Below are positions 25,589 to 38,279 of a stretch of 64,000 nt of DNA, piece by piece. The DNA lies in NCBI RefSeq assembly GCF_009914755.1, contig NC_060942.1; one strand, given 5' to 3'. The position numbers and the translations under genes were made by a program. The notes below the pieces were generated by a model. That model searched no databases. It was not told the origin of the DNA and worked only from the letters and a program-made list of their open reading frames with translations. This DNA comes from the human T2T-CHM13v2.0 reference genome, Homo sapiens. Every line of letters begins with the position of its first letter. Positions within the stretch are counted from its first letter, which is position 1.

Positions 25589-26040
25589 CAGTTGACCCTT
25601 GAACGACTCGAGTCTGAACTGCACAAGTCCATTTACACGGAGATTTTCTTCCATGTCTGCCACCCCTGAGACAGTGAGACCAACCCTCTCTCCTCCCCAG
25701 CCTACTCAACTTGAAGACGACGAGGTTGGAGACCTTTAGGATCAGCCACTTCCACTTAATGAACAGTAGATGAGTTTTTTCTTCCTCATGAGTTTCTTAA
25801 TAACATTTTTTTCTCTAGCTTACTTTATTGTAAGAATCCAGTATATAACACAGAGCGTACAAAACATGGGTTTTGTACAAACCCATGAGTGTACAAAACG
25901 TTGGCTCTTCATGTTCTCAGCAAGGCTTCTGGTCCAGGGCTATTTGTAGCTCATCGTGGAGGGGGTTAAACGTTACACTTGAACTTTCAGCTGCGTGGGG
26001 GTCGGTGCTCCCAACCCCTATGTTGTTCAATGGTCGATTG
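25589..26040. mobile_element. Tigger2a/MER28-type TcMar DNA transposon fossil
   Basis: Terminal inverted repeats CAGTTGACCCTTGAAC / GTTCAATGGTCGATTG, flanked by TA on both sides. Confidence 0.88.
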
Positions 26041-27369
26041 TACTTAATTGAACATATTCCTATTTGTATCTTCTCAAAGTTTACTAAAATCCCATTCCCA
26101 AGCATTTCAGTAGCCAGATATCCCCACCACCCTTACGGAAGCTCCACGACCCAGAGGAAATGTCTGGGGAGAAGGAAGTGCACGTCCCCCCACCCCCTGC
26201 GGCAGACCCCAGAAGGCCTCTGTCCCTCTTGGGCTAATCCTCAGCCGAAGATGTACCCCTGACAAAGTGCATAGGATGTCTTCATGGGTCGGCGTTTTTA
26301 TTTTTAAGAAGCAAGTCACCCATTTTAAAGCTGGAAGCAAAGTGTTTGGTGAGTGTGATGGATGCACCCCCAGATGGCTCATGGTGACCTTGGAGGAGGC
26401 TGGGGTCAGAGGGTGCAGTGGCTTCCGAGGGTGCAGTGGCTTCTGAGCCCCGGACCTGAGATGCCCCCTTCCAGGTCTCCTTCCCAACGCCACTCCTGCA
26501 ATGGCCAAGGATACACCAAGAGGCGCCTGCAGGGAGGTGACATGCCTCTCGGAAAACGCTCCTGCCTATCCAGCTCCTCTCCAGCGCCTCTTATATGTCT
26601 GCAACCTCAGTGTTGGACGTCAGACCCAGAGAGCAGGGCATGACCAGCGCTGCCAATCAGCCTGAGTACTGGAGGGAAGGCCGCCAGGCAACCAGACCGC
26701 GGCAGGATCAGATGGAGGAGCTGGCCACGTGGCAAGCGTCCGAGGCCAGGCACGGTGTCGGGTGGCCCTGGCCACGCCAGACCTTCCAGTGGCCACATCT
26801 TCCTACAGGTGATCCGTGTCAGTGAAGGAGAGGCCCAGAGAGCAGAGGCTGAAACAGTATCTCCTGGGCCCTCCTCGCAGCTCCCCGGCAGCCAGCAGCT
26901 CTTGGGCCAGCTTTCACAGCCAACTTCTCAGAGTGACGGAGACCGCGACTGCCTCCAGCACGAGGCAGATCTGTCTGCCCACCCAGGCCAGCACTCCAGC
27001 AGAGGGGCCCAGACAGACGACTCGGTGCTCAGAGGTTTGTTCATGGCACCCCAGGTGCTGAGAAACGCCGAATCAATTCATTTATTAAGACAGCTCCAAA
27101 GAGCTCAGGAAGTATTTATTTATGTCTTAACAACTTAGTGGCCACATTAAAAAAAAAAAAAAAAAGCTACATAACTGTAAAGAAAAATAGTTGTGTCATC
27201 TGTGTGTGCCTTAGCCACAATCACTGGATCCTGGGCTGTGTGCCACTGTTAACACCTGGCAGAGTTCTCGAGCCTCGGGTCTCAGGGTGCCCTCACTGCC
27301 TGTTCTCCACTGGTTCTTACTCAGCACCTGATCCTTATCACAGCAACCACGGAAAACCCAGCCTCACAA

Positions 27370-28260
27370 AATCTGGCGTCCACGTCGGGAGTGTGGTTCC
27401 ATCCACTGCGAAAGCCCCACACATCTCCCCGGCCTTTCATGCGGAGTCCAGCAGGCGCCCACCCGGCATCTCAGATTTCCCTGGAAATGGAAACTGCAGG
27501 TGGTGCCTCAGCACATTCCGAGGCGTTCCCGTGGCTGGATGTTTCTCACGCGGTGAGGTGAAGAACGAGTCACCTGTTTAGCTCCTTTCTCACCAAAATC
27601 ACGGATGCCAGCCAGCGCAGCTGCACCCTGACTGCGACAGGCCCAGGTGCCCTCAGTGCCGGGCAGGGGGTCCCACTCGGACCCCGGCTTCCGTCAGAAG
27701 TGCTCCGGACCTGCAGGGAAAGGGCTGGTGCCGTCGGGGAAGCTCAGGCATGCTCAGCTCCAGTCCCCTCTTTTCATTCAGACGCGGCTTCGCCCAGTGC
27801 CAGGTGCTCGGGGGAAGCTGAAGATCCACGTTCTCCACAAACGTGGGCTGGACTCTCAGGCGGGGTTTTCTCCGACGGCAGACCTGTGCTGCCAGGCTCG
27901 GGACGAAGTGTCTCACTTTCCCGCTGTCCTCTGGGTGAGGCGGAGCCGCTCCTGAAGGATCCGATCCAGTTCAAAGCGCAGGCCGTGGAACAGGACGGCA
28001 GCTCCTCCGGCTTCGGCGCTGCTGCTCTCCGCTGGACTCCACGTGGCTGTTTTAATCCCATAACAGCATTTTAATGTCATGGTTGGGAAAAGCTGCGCTT
28101 GGAATCACACTCTCTGCAGATCTGTGAAGTGCCCACACCGGGCCAGGCACTGCGAGCGTAGGGGTGACCGTGCCGCGAGAGGCGAGGACCGGCGACTCCG
28201 TCCGTCAGCGAGTCCTGTGGGTACACGGAGGGTTCGGGAGGCCTATCCGAGGTATTGCGG
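27370..28260. promoter_or_regulatory. CpG-rich, island-like unique segment abutting the large VNTR
   Basis: Visibly high CpG and GC content relative to flanks, strongest at 27630-28260; obs/exp not computed. Confidence 0.45.
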
Positions 28261-29571
28261 ATGGAGGGGGTGCCTCCGCTCATCACAGAGGTGTCCGGGG
28301 ATGGAGGGGAGCCCTCTGGTCATCACAGAGGTGTCCGGGGTGGAGGGGAGGCCTCCGCTCATCACAGAGGTGTTCGGGGATGGAGGGGAGCCCTCTGCTC
28401 ATCACAGAGGTGTCCGGGGTGGAGGGGAGGCCTCCGCTCATCACAGAGGTGACCGGGGATGGAGGGGAGCCCTCTGCTCATCACAGAGGTGTCCGGGGTG
28501 GAGGGGGTGCCTCCGCTCATCACAGAGGTGTCCGGGGATGGAGGGGAGGCCTCCGCTCATCACAGAGGTGTCCGGGGGTGGAGGGGAGGCCTCCGCTCAT
28601 CACAGAGGTGACCGGGGATGGAGGGGAGGCCTCCGCTCATCACAGAGGTGTCCGGGGATGGAGGGGAGCCCTCTGCTCATCACAGAGGTGTCCGGGATGG
28701 AGGGGAGGCCTCCGCTCATCACAGAGGTGTCCGGGGTGGAGGGGAGGCCTCCGCTCATCACAGAGGTGACCGGGGATGGAGGGGAGCCCTCTGCTCATCA
28801 CAGAGGTGTCCGGGGTGGAGGGGGTGCCTCCGCTCATCACAGAGGTGTCCGGGGATGGAGGGGAGGCCTCCGCTCATCACAGAGGTGTCCGGGGGTGGAG
28901 GGGAGGCCTCCGCTCATCACAGAGGTGACCGGGGATGGAGGGGAGGCCTCCGCTCATCACAGAGGTGTCCGGGGGTGGAGGGGAGGCCTCCGCTCATCAC
29001 AGAGGTGTCCGGGGATGGAGGGGAGCCCTCTGCTCATCACAGAGGTGTCCGGGGATGGAGGGGAGGCCTCCGCTCATCACAGAGGTGTCCGGGGGTGGAG
29101 GGGAGGCCTCCGCTCATCACAGAGGTGTCCGGGGATGGAGGGGAGCCCTCTGCTCATCACAGAGGTGTCCGGGGGTGGAGGGGAGGCCTCCGCTCATCAC
29201 AGATGTGTCCGGGGATGGAGGGGAGCCCTCTGCTCATCACAGAGGTGTCCGGGGTGGAGGGGGTGCCTCCGCTCATCACAGCGGTGTCCGGGGATGGAGG
29301 GGAGCCCTCTGCTCATCACAGAGGTGTCCGGGGTGGAGGGGGTGCCTCCGCTCATCACAGAGGTGTCCGGGGATGGAGGGGAGCCCTCTGGTCATCACAG
29401 AGGTGTCCGGGGTGGAGGGGAGGCCTCCGCTCATCACAGAGGTGTCCGGGGTGGAGGGGGTGCCTCCGCTCATCACAGAGGTGTCCGGGGATGGAGGGGA
29501 GCCCTCTGCTCATCACAGAGGTGTCCGGGGTGGAGGGGAGGGTGCAGGCGAGGCCTCCGCTCATCACAGAG
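28258..29571. repeat. G-rich minisatellite, 39/40-bp unit, ~33 copies with interspersed variants
   Basis: GGGGATGGAGGGGAGGCCTCCGCTCATCACAGAGGTGTCC; variants GAGCCCTCTG, GGTGCCTCCG and GTGACC. Confidence 0.97.
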
Positions 29572-30379
29572 GAACATGTGCGTTCTGCCACCAGAGAGGA
29601 GGAGGCTGGGGAGCCCCGGGTGTCCAGGCACGAGGGAGCAGTGCGATGTTGGGCCCCACAGGCCTTCAGGACAGTTCTGGTTTTATTTCTAAGGCAATGG
29701 CGAGGCATCTTGAACGCTGGCTGTGGGTACTTTCTAAGCGGTGAACTTTCATGGTGCAGCCTGGGACAAAGAGACCGGAGGGTGGGCTGGCTGGAGACCC
29801 AGGTGCAGGTCCTGAGGGGTGGCAAGGACAGCTGACTGAGGAAGTGGAACCGCAGGGCTCTGTGGCCTGCTGGACGTAGGCAAGGTAGAGGGAGAAGCCC
29901 AGGCGGCCCCATGCCTGGGAGGAGGCGGTGGCCTTTCTGAGAGACAGGTTGTCTCAGGGTCGGGCAGTGCTTCTAGGGATGCCATCCCCCCTGCGCCCTA
30001 CGCCAGCCTCCTCTCTGCACTCCCCATGCAGAGAATGAGTGAAGGGTCAGACAGCTTCAGAAACGGCCTGGTTCCTTCTGACTTCCTGCAAGCCTCCCAT
30101 AAAGAACTGTGAGGCCACCACGAGCACTTATAGCCCCTTCAATTGTGGGTAAAGAGGAAGTCCCAGGAACAGGGATTGGGCAGCCACAGCTACCCAGAAG
30201 TGAAGGCAGCCGGCAGGGCAGGGCACGTGGGGGCTATGGGACCCCCTTCCCACAGGCCAGCAGGGATCCACGAGGGACTGCTAGGGCCCCAAAATGCGGG
30301 ACAGGCCATGGGGGAGACTTCGGAAATCTCCTCATTGCCCTCTTCAAAGCTGGGAGCCGGAAACTTCTCGCTGTGACGA

Positions 30380-30578
30380 AAACACACATGGGCACATTCG
30401 TACCCATACACTCCACACTCACACATGGGTGCATGCACATCCACACGCATAGGCACACACAGGCACACACCCACACATGTAAATATGCACATATACACAT
30501 TCACACACTACACACATGCATATGGGTGCACACATGTCCACACGCATGCTTACACACATACACACACACGCACTCACA
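30380..30578. repeat. Degenerate (CA)n/(CACATG)n microsatellite
   Basis: CA-rich alternating purine-pyrimidine tract. Confidence 0.85.
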
Positions 30579-31049
30579 GTCTCAGCAGCTGCTGCCTGGG
30601 CTGTGGGCAAATCACCTATCCCAACTCTATTTTACCCAGTTCCTGTTTTTCTCTTTCTGCCCTAAGACCCTGGAGGCACATGTCCCTGGTTCTAGCAATC
30701 TGACATTGTTTTCACTTGTTTTTAATGACTCTTCATGTGATAGAGAAGGTTCCCACATAACTGTATTCCACCTCCAATTACAAGGCTTCTGAGAAAGATG
30801 TATATCCTGAGAGCACGACTTCATCATTGATGCAGGAACTTATCACACCCATATTTACTCTATGAAAAGTCTTCAATGACTTTGAAGAGTCACCAATGGA
30901 TCTGCCAAGAGTCAGGTCACTCACACGCAGTCTACACAATCTAAGCGCCTTCTGCGTGGAGCAGACAAATTAACAAAACATCATGAAACCCTCTTATGAA
31001 GTGAGTACCCAGCCAATGTACACTTTTTTTAAACGTTCACCTTTGTTAA

Positions 31050-31440
31050 CGACTTAAAAATACAAATTAAAGCAACAGTGAAATGTCGTTTTCTCCTTCC
31101 TAATTAGCAAAGATTGTTAAAAGCAACAATAATAGGTGTTGACTAGGATTTGGTATTACAGACACTTTTGTACCTCCTCATATAAATACAAAGATACTCA
31201 ACCTTTCTGGGTAGCAATTTGAAACTATGTGTCTATGGCCTTACAAATGCTTATATCCTTTGAGTCTAAAATTCCACTTTCAGAATTCTGTCTTAAGAAA
31301 ACAATCAGACATGCAGATAAAGATTTATGTACAAGATCTGCACAATTATAAGAATATAAAAGCATTGGAAATATCCTACATTTCAGAAAAGCAAATGTTT
31401 AAATTAGTTAAGCTACATTTCTATAACAGAACCAGTGATG
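31050..31440 (+). mobile_element. Old LINE-1 (L1ME-like) fragment; probably continues at ~31930-32280
   Basis: AAATACAAATTAAAGCAACAGTGAAATGTCGTTT...AATTAGCAAAGATT resembles a decayed L1 ORF2 end. Confidence 0.6.
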
Positions 31441-31482
31441 TGCTGATAAATGGTTATTAATTGTCCCTTTGGGAAAAAAAAA

Positions 31483-31771
31483 TTTTTGAGACAGGGTCTC
31501 AATCTGTCTCCCAGGCTGAGGCACAGCGGTGCGGTCATGGCTCACGGCAGCCTCAACCTCCTGGGCTCAATCAATCCTCTCACCTCAGCCTCCCGAGTAG
31601 CTGGGACTACAGTGTGCACTACCACTCCGGGCTAATTTTTTTTATTTTTAGTAGAGACAAGATCTCTCACTATGTTGTCCAGGCTTGTCTGGAACTCCTG
31701 GGCTCAGGCAATCCACCCACCTCAGCCTCCCAAAGTGCTAGGATTACAGGCGTGAGCCATGACACCCGGCT
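31483..31771 (-). mobile_element. AluJ
   Basis: GAGACAGGGTCTC..GGCTCACGGCAGCCTCAACCTCCTGGGCTCAA..GAACTCCTGGGCTCAGGC are AluJ-type features. Confidence 0.9.
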
Positions 31772-33426
31772 CAAGAAAAACGAAAAAGTTTTTAAAGCCC
31801 AGATTTGTAGTGATTGCCGAGGTCTGTGGTGCCAGTTAGGACCATGGAATCGGTGGACACAGAGTTTTGAAGATATGCACATTTTCTCTTCCCCAAGCTG
31901 CTAAAAGCCAACTCCCACTCACCACTGAAGGAATATTATGTAACCATGAAAAATTGTGCTGGTGAAGGAAATTTAATAACATGCAAAAATGTTCACAGTA
32001 TAATATTATATGGAAAAACAAGACACAATGCCACATTCCTTGTGTTTCAAATTTTGCTGCATAAATCATAAGTTTTACACTTGACAGAATACCATAGTCT
32101 TAGGTATGGACGTGCAGGTAGGTATAGATATCTGTAAGAAAATAGCGCAAAACTTTAACAGTGGTTGTCTCAGGATTATCTAACAGTGGGATATTCTCCT
32201 TTATCATTTTTATGTCTAATTTCCAACTTTTCTAAAATGAACTTGAATTATTTTAAATTCAGAACATAATGTTATTTTAGAAAAGAAAATGACTGAGGTG
32301 CTAGATATTGTTGTGTGGCAGTGTTCCCAGAAGCTCTTCAGATAAGGTTCTTGGAGATGGAAGAGCCGCCTACTTTGACCTTAACCTCCACAGCTCCATC
32401 CTTCACACCGGCAACCATCCATCACATGGCCGATTACTGTTCCCTCAAGCAACTCCCAAATGCTTTCACAATGGGAGTTTCCAATGAAATTGTTGGTATC
32501 ACAAAAGGCATGTAATGTTTTGGAAAGAACGAAGAAGCAAAGATTTCAGAAATCGGAGAATGGAGCTGTTACACTCTTTGAGGAAGTTTCTCACTTGCTC
32601 AACATACCTTGGCCCAGCAGTGAGGAGTTGGGGAGGAGTGGGTGCCGCAGCACCCTGAAGCTCTGCGTACACCCAACTGTGCACTGTTCAAAGTGTCTTC
32701 AGAGAGAAATTCTGTTGTCTCTCCTGGAGAAACTAAAAATGAGCCAGAGAAACCCCGAACTGTGCCCTTATTCAGGAAAATGTGATTAGAAAATATTCTA
32801 CCCCTTGGAAAGTCTATGAGGCCATGTATGATTTCTTAAAATAATTCCCACCATTGAGGACTGAGCCCATATTTTGTGCAGAAGTAAATATGTGTATTTT
32901 AACATTAAAGAAAAAACTTTCAAAGGGGAAATTTGAGTTTCATTCTTTAGAAAATGGAGAAGAAGAGTAACTATCCCACCTATGAGGCAAAGACATACAA
33001 AATCACAGCGTGGGGGCTCCCACCCCCGCTAGCATTTGATGGTATTTTGACCACAGAGAGATAAAACTTACATCACTGCTACTTCCTGGCCCCCAGTTCC
33101 ATTAAACATTTATGGCTTCCTACACCCGTGTAACTGGAAGACAAAGAGATGGGCTGGGATTTTAGTAAACAGACAGCTCACAGTCATAACACTCATATTC
33201 ATGTCATTTTCCTGGTTGCCTTCATGGCCTGTAAAAACGAAATCTCTCCCTTTAGATCTGTTTCTTCCTTAGTTATGTACCCGTGCGTGTTCATGCATGT
33301 GTACACATGGATGTAAATATACATACCAATCTCCCGCACACGCCACACGTGCAGGAGAGGGAAGGAAGGCGGCTGCGTTGTCACCAGTCACCAACCCTCC
33401 TGTCCCGCTCCTGGGTGTTCCGGTGC

Positions 33427-34124
33427 GACCCTCAGCCTCTGCACCTGAGGTCACCTGTGCCAACTCTCACCCTCTGCACCCAAGGGCACCTGTGCCAACC
33501 CTCAGCCTCTGCACCCGAGGACACCTGTGCCAACCCTCAGCCTCTGCACCCGAGGACACCTGCGCCGACCCTCAGCCTCTGCACCCGAGGGCACCTGCGC
33601 CGACCCTCAGCCTCTGCACCCGAGGGCACCTGTGCCGACCCTCAGCCTCTGCACCCGAGGGCACCTGTGCCGACCCTCAGCCTCTGCACCCGAGGGCACC
33701 TGTGCCGACCCTCAGCCTCTGCACCCGAGGGCACCTGTGCCGACCCTCAGCCTCTGCACCGAGGGCACCTGTGCCGACCCTCAGCCTCTGCACCCGAGGA
33801 CACCTGCGCCGACCCTCAGCCTCTGCACCCGAGGGTACCTGCGCCGACCCTCAGCCTCTGCACCCGAGGGCACCTGTGCCGACCCTCAGCCTCTGCACCC
33901 GAGGGCACCTGTGCCGACCCTCAGCCTCTGCACCGAGGGCATCTATGCCGACCCTCAGCCTCTGCACCCGAGGACACCTGCGCCGACCCTCAGCCTCTGC
34001 ACCCGAGGGCACCTGTGCCGACCCTCAGCCTCTGCACCCGAGGGCACCTGTGCCGACCCTCAGCCTCTGCACCCGAGGGCACCTGTGCCGACCCTCAGCC
34101 TCTGCACCTGAGAGCACCTGTGCC
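33427..34124. repeat. Minisatellite, 35-bp unit, ~20 copies
   Basis: GACCCTCAGCCTCTGCACCCGAGGGCACCTGTGCC; two 34-bp variant units. Confidence 0.97.
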
Positions 34125-37100
34125 TCCTTCCTTTAACTAAATGTGTTTATTAACCAAACGATAAGGCTTTTCCCCCAATAACTGAAACTCTGCCATACCC
34201 AGAACCAGGCTCACACTCTCCCAGCCCCTCCTGCCCGTCCCCTGCTGTCTCCCAACTCCCACCTTCCGGATGGAGCCCATCCTGCCATGCCTGGTGCTGC
34301 CCTCAGCTCCTCAAATTCCCTTGCCCAACGTCCAGCCCAGCTCCAGGACCTGGCTGAGCTCCTGGGCCATGCACCTCACAGCCTCCTAATAGGTTGCCTC
34401 GAGTCCACTCTGCCTCCTGCACATGGCGTTTCTGTGAGCTCCCCAAAGCACAGATCCCATCTTGACACTCGGCTGTGACCTTGCAGTGGCTTCCCAGAGC
34501 CCCGGAGGTGACATCCACAGCCATTACTGTAGCCTGTGAGGCCGCACAACCTGGCCCACCCTTTCCTCCATGGCCACCCCACTCCCATCCACCTCCTGGC
34601 TCTGCAGGCCCCCCCGACCCCCGCCCCCCACAAAGCTGAGACACGCCTCACACAATGGCCTCCATCCCCGGAGTCGACTGCTGTGTCCCCTGCAGAGGCC
34701 CTCACGTGTTGGCTTCAGATCCAGCCACTCAGCTAAGCCTCCCCGGCCTCCTCTCAGAGAAGCCGAGGACCCCATTCCCACTCCCAGTGCCCCTGCACCT
34801 CCTCCTGCTCTCTGGCCGGCTGCCACCGTTGCAATTGCTTGTTGGTTGTGCCCAGCAAGCCTGGTCAGTGTGGTCGCGCTCACTCCTGCACCTGGGTCAC
34901 CGCCTGAACAGCCAGCTTCATTGGCCACGTGTGGACAGGACGGGGCAGGAAGGGAGGGCAGGACAGCTGGAGACACTGGCTGGGGGAGGCTTGGGACATG
35001 GTTAACATTGGGGTGAATGTTCTCTTAGGTTATTTTCGTTGGAGTGATTCATTATTGTTATACTTAGTTATTCCCAAGTGTTCTAGAACTTCTGGTCAAA
35101 GTTGCCTCTAGGAAAAAAGGAGGTGTGGAGCATTCAAACAAGAATGTCACTGTGGGAGAGGAGCGTCCAGCCCACAGCCCAGCCCCAGTAGCACAAATTG
35201 TGCACGCTACTCATGGAGATTGCCCGAATCTTATCTTTTAAAGTGGCTGATGTGATCCTTTTATTTTAGAAAATAAAAGGCTCAAAGGTATTACAGTTGC
35301 CTCCTCATGCTGCAGTCCCTACAGAAAACGAAATATAGCAGTAGAACATAAATTTGATTTTTTGGATTTCTAATAGGGAGAAATTCAAGGCTCTACAGGA
35401 AAAAAAACATGCAGGTCATATAGCAGGGCTACAGAGGAATCATTCCCCAACAAAGACAATATTTAATTTGCAGTTTGGTGATAAAATGCAAACCATAACG
35501 CACAGTGAGTGCCGAGAAGAGATGCAGAACATCATTCCATTTGCCCAAAGTAAAATTAATAGCAAAATGAAATACATAAAGTCTTTGAAGTCATCCTGAA
35601 AAATATGTTTTGTTTTTGAAGTTATAATTTTCCTCTTAGGAAATCAAATAGTTCATAAAAACTCTCACTATTAGAGAGAAAACTTCAACTCTCTATTCTC
35701 CAGAACAGATTTTATATCTTTTCCTCACAGATGCAACATACTAAAATAGAATCATGTTACTGTGGATGCCGCAGAAATACTTGCAGTGCGAAGAAAGGTG
35801 CCTCAGACACCACCTCTCGGCCCCGCGACTCCTCCCGGGAAAATGGCTCTGTGCCATTTTATCAACTTACAGCTTTGGGTTCTCCACCAATTACAGTTTC
35901 TATTTTTCTTCAAAAGTTTTTATGATAAATTTAAAATAGGCCAGAAGGCTTAGAACACCTATATATCACATCTATATTTAGCATTTGTTGTTGATAATTT
36001 GATAATGAAGTCCAAATATTTTGCTGTCTGCCAGGAAACCACCAGGAAAACAGCTATTTCCATCATTAAATCCAATGCAAACAAGTTCTGTTGGCAGAAG
36101 TTGGCTCAAGTTTCTCATGAAAACAGAAATATAAAATATTTTATTTGGTGGTTTTGAACAAATCCAGTATTTAATGTATTCCTTAGAACTTCGTAATCTG
36201 TTTTTCTCATAAAGTAAAAACAAAACACATTTTTTCACAAAACTTTTTACAGATGTCCCATTCCCCGGTTCCCCTCGTTCACTCCAGAGACCACACGACA
36301 CCACGCTCTGCCTAGGCCGGGAGTGGGCAGCACCTGAAGTGGCCATGGCTCATCCTGGTGATCAGAGGAGGCTGCTCTCAGCCTGCCCCAGGCCTCCTCA
36401 CTGCTCAGTGGCAGGGCAGTGACCCCCCGTCCTCCCCTGCAAGGCGAGCCCTCGGGAACCAGGCTCCCAATCTCTCCCGCTGCACCCAGCACCCACAGAG
36501 CTTGGCAGTCAGAAGAACTCCGAGGGTGCGGAGCCAGCAAGACCAAGGATGACGCCTGACGTTCATCACGCAATGACCTAGAACTCTTCCCAAGGGGCTC
36601 GGCACTCACAAGCCCATCTTGGCCCCACCCTGCTTGCTCCCAGCCCTGCTCCCTCCTGAGGTCATTCCACAGTGAGGGCTGTGGAGGGAGGTGGACAGGA
36701 GAAACTTGAGAAAATGCCACATTAAAGATGAGGACAGGAAAGAATTTAACAAGAGAGCCAGGAGACACCGCAATGCAGGAACCCAGGGCGTTGGGAGCTC
36801 CAGGGTCCACGTCCGTGCCTTTATTGCGACAAATGTGAGATCCCCATCCCCGCCACTGAAAGGAGGTAGCAGGCAAGAGCGGGGGACGCTGCCTCTCATC
36901 ACAAACCTCAGTGGCAACTGGCTGAACACCAGGTTCTTTTCAGTTGTGGTCCCATGTGGCTGCTTCTGGTCATTGGGTGTGGCTCTGGCCTCTGCTCCCA
37001 TTCATGGGTGGCTCTGACCTACCGCAGGGCCCCAGACTGCTCTTGATTCAACCAATGAGGCCACAGGAGAGGGTGGAGGAGACACACCTGCACCTGCAGG

Positions 37101-37779
37101 TCTCACCTCAGCCACAGGTGACAGGCATCCCTGTGCCACAAGTCCGCCGGGAGCACCAGAAAGGTGGACACACAGATGGGGAGCGGGAGGAGGGGCAGGG
37201 AGATGTGGGCCACAGGGGCACAGCGCTGGGGGACAGTCAGTTGTCTCTGCCATTATCTTTCTGCTCACCCAATAACTGAGTATACCCCTGTTCCCAGGCA
37301 CAGATCACATCCATCCCCAAATCCCGCCAGCTGTGGGGAGGGCCACTCCCTCAGCCTCAGATTTGAGCAGGGCTGACTCATTTGGTTCAATAGAGAAGGC
37401 TTTGCAATTCAAAATATGTTTCAATCTTATCTCTTTCTTTTTAGGATGCAGGCGCAACCATTTCATCCAATTCTGTAAGGCTCTTGATTTCTAAACTTGT
37501 CATGTCTCCTATTTCTGCTTGAAATCCACCAGCCATGGCCGAGTTCATGCTTCCTGTAGCACCTGCCAGCAGTGGCCCGGGCAGCTGTCACGCACTGGGC
37601 CTCGGCTCCGTCAGAACCTCGGCAGGCGTGGAGGTCGCCGTCCAAGTCCTTGCAGCTGTGGTTTCCCCAAAGGCACTGCCAGCACTGACTGTGCCTCTCC
37701 AGCCTCCAGCACATTGTCAATTCCTTGCTGCCCACCCGCAGACTGCACACACCACTGTGACTGAGGTTCCTCTTACACC

Positions 37780-38180
37780 TGCACCCTCTTCCAAAAACAA
37801 CAGCAAATAAGTCCTCAAGTTTCATTGGCTTCACCAGTGAAGAGCTTGTTTCTCATTCACCTAGCAACCCATCATGGCTATTCCTATCAGCATCGGTGCT
37901 GTACACACGGCCACGCTAGGGCAGAGGCTCCTCACATCCTGGGCTTACCCCCTCCTGGCTCTGGCATTCTCTGCATTCAGACACAGACAGGGGAATAGCC
38001 AACAGCTTCTTCACTGCTTTGGCCCAGAAGTGACACATGTAACTCCACTCCCATTCCACAAGTGAGGATGAGCCATCTGGTTCCACTGAGGCACAAAGGG
38101 CTGACCAAGATGCCTCCCTATCTGGGCAGCAGATTCATACCATGGAGGAAGAAACCAAATTTTTGAAGCCATCTCTGCAA
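37780..38180 (-). mobile_element. Old MaLR LTR fragment (MLT1-like)
   Basis: TGCTTTGGCCCAGAAGTGACACATGTAACTCCACTCCCATTCCA resembles reverse-strand MLT1J/K/L; boundaries approximate. Confidence 0.55.
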
Positions 38181-38279
38181 TGAGCGTGGAAAAGACTCAG
38201 AAGAGTTTGGGCACGCTCTCCACAGCCTCTCCATGCACAAGAATCGCCCCAGGGAGCCAAATAAGAATGCGGCTCCCAG

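Noticed and set aside
26590-27166. Possible processed pseudogene ending in the A-run at ~27149-27165
   Set aside because: No recognisable parent protein and no TSD found; an isolated poly-A tract is sufficient explanation
28079-29835. 537-, 405- and 269-aa ORFs
   Set aside because: Read-through of the 39/40-bp VNTR, which nearly lacks + strand stops; the same peptides rotate through all three frames
33283-34140. 285- and 279-aa ORFs
   Set aside because: Stop-free 35-bp VNTR translated in all frames
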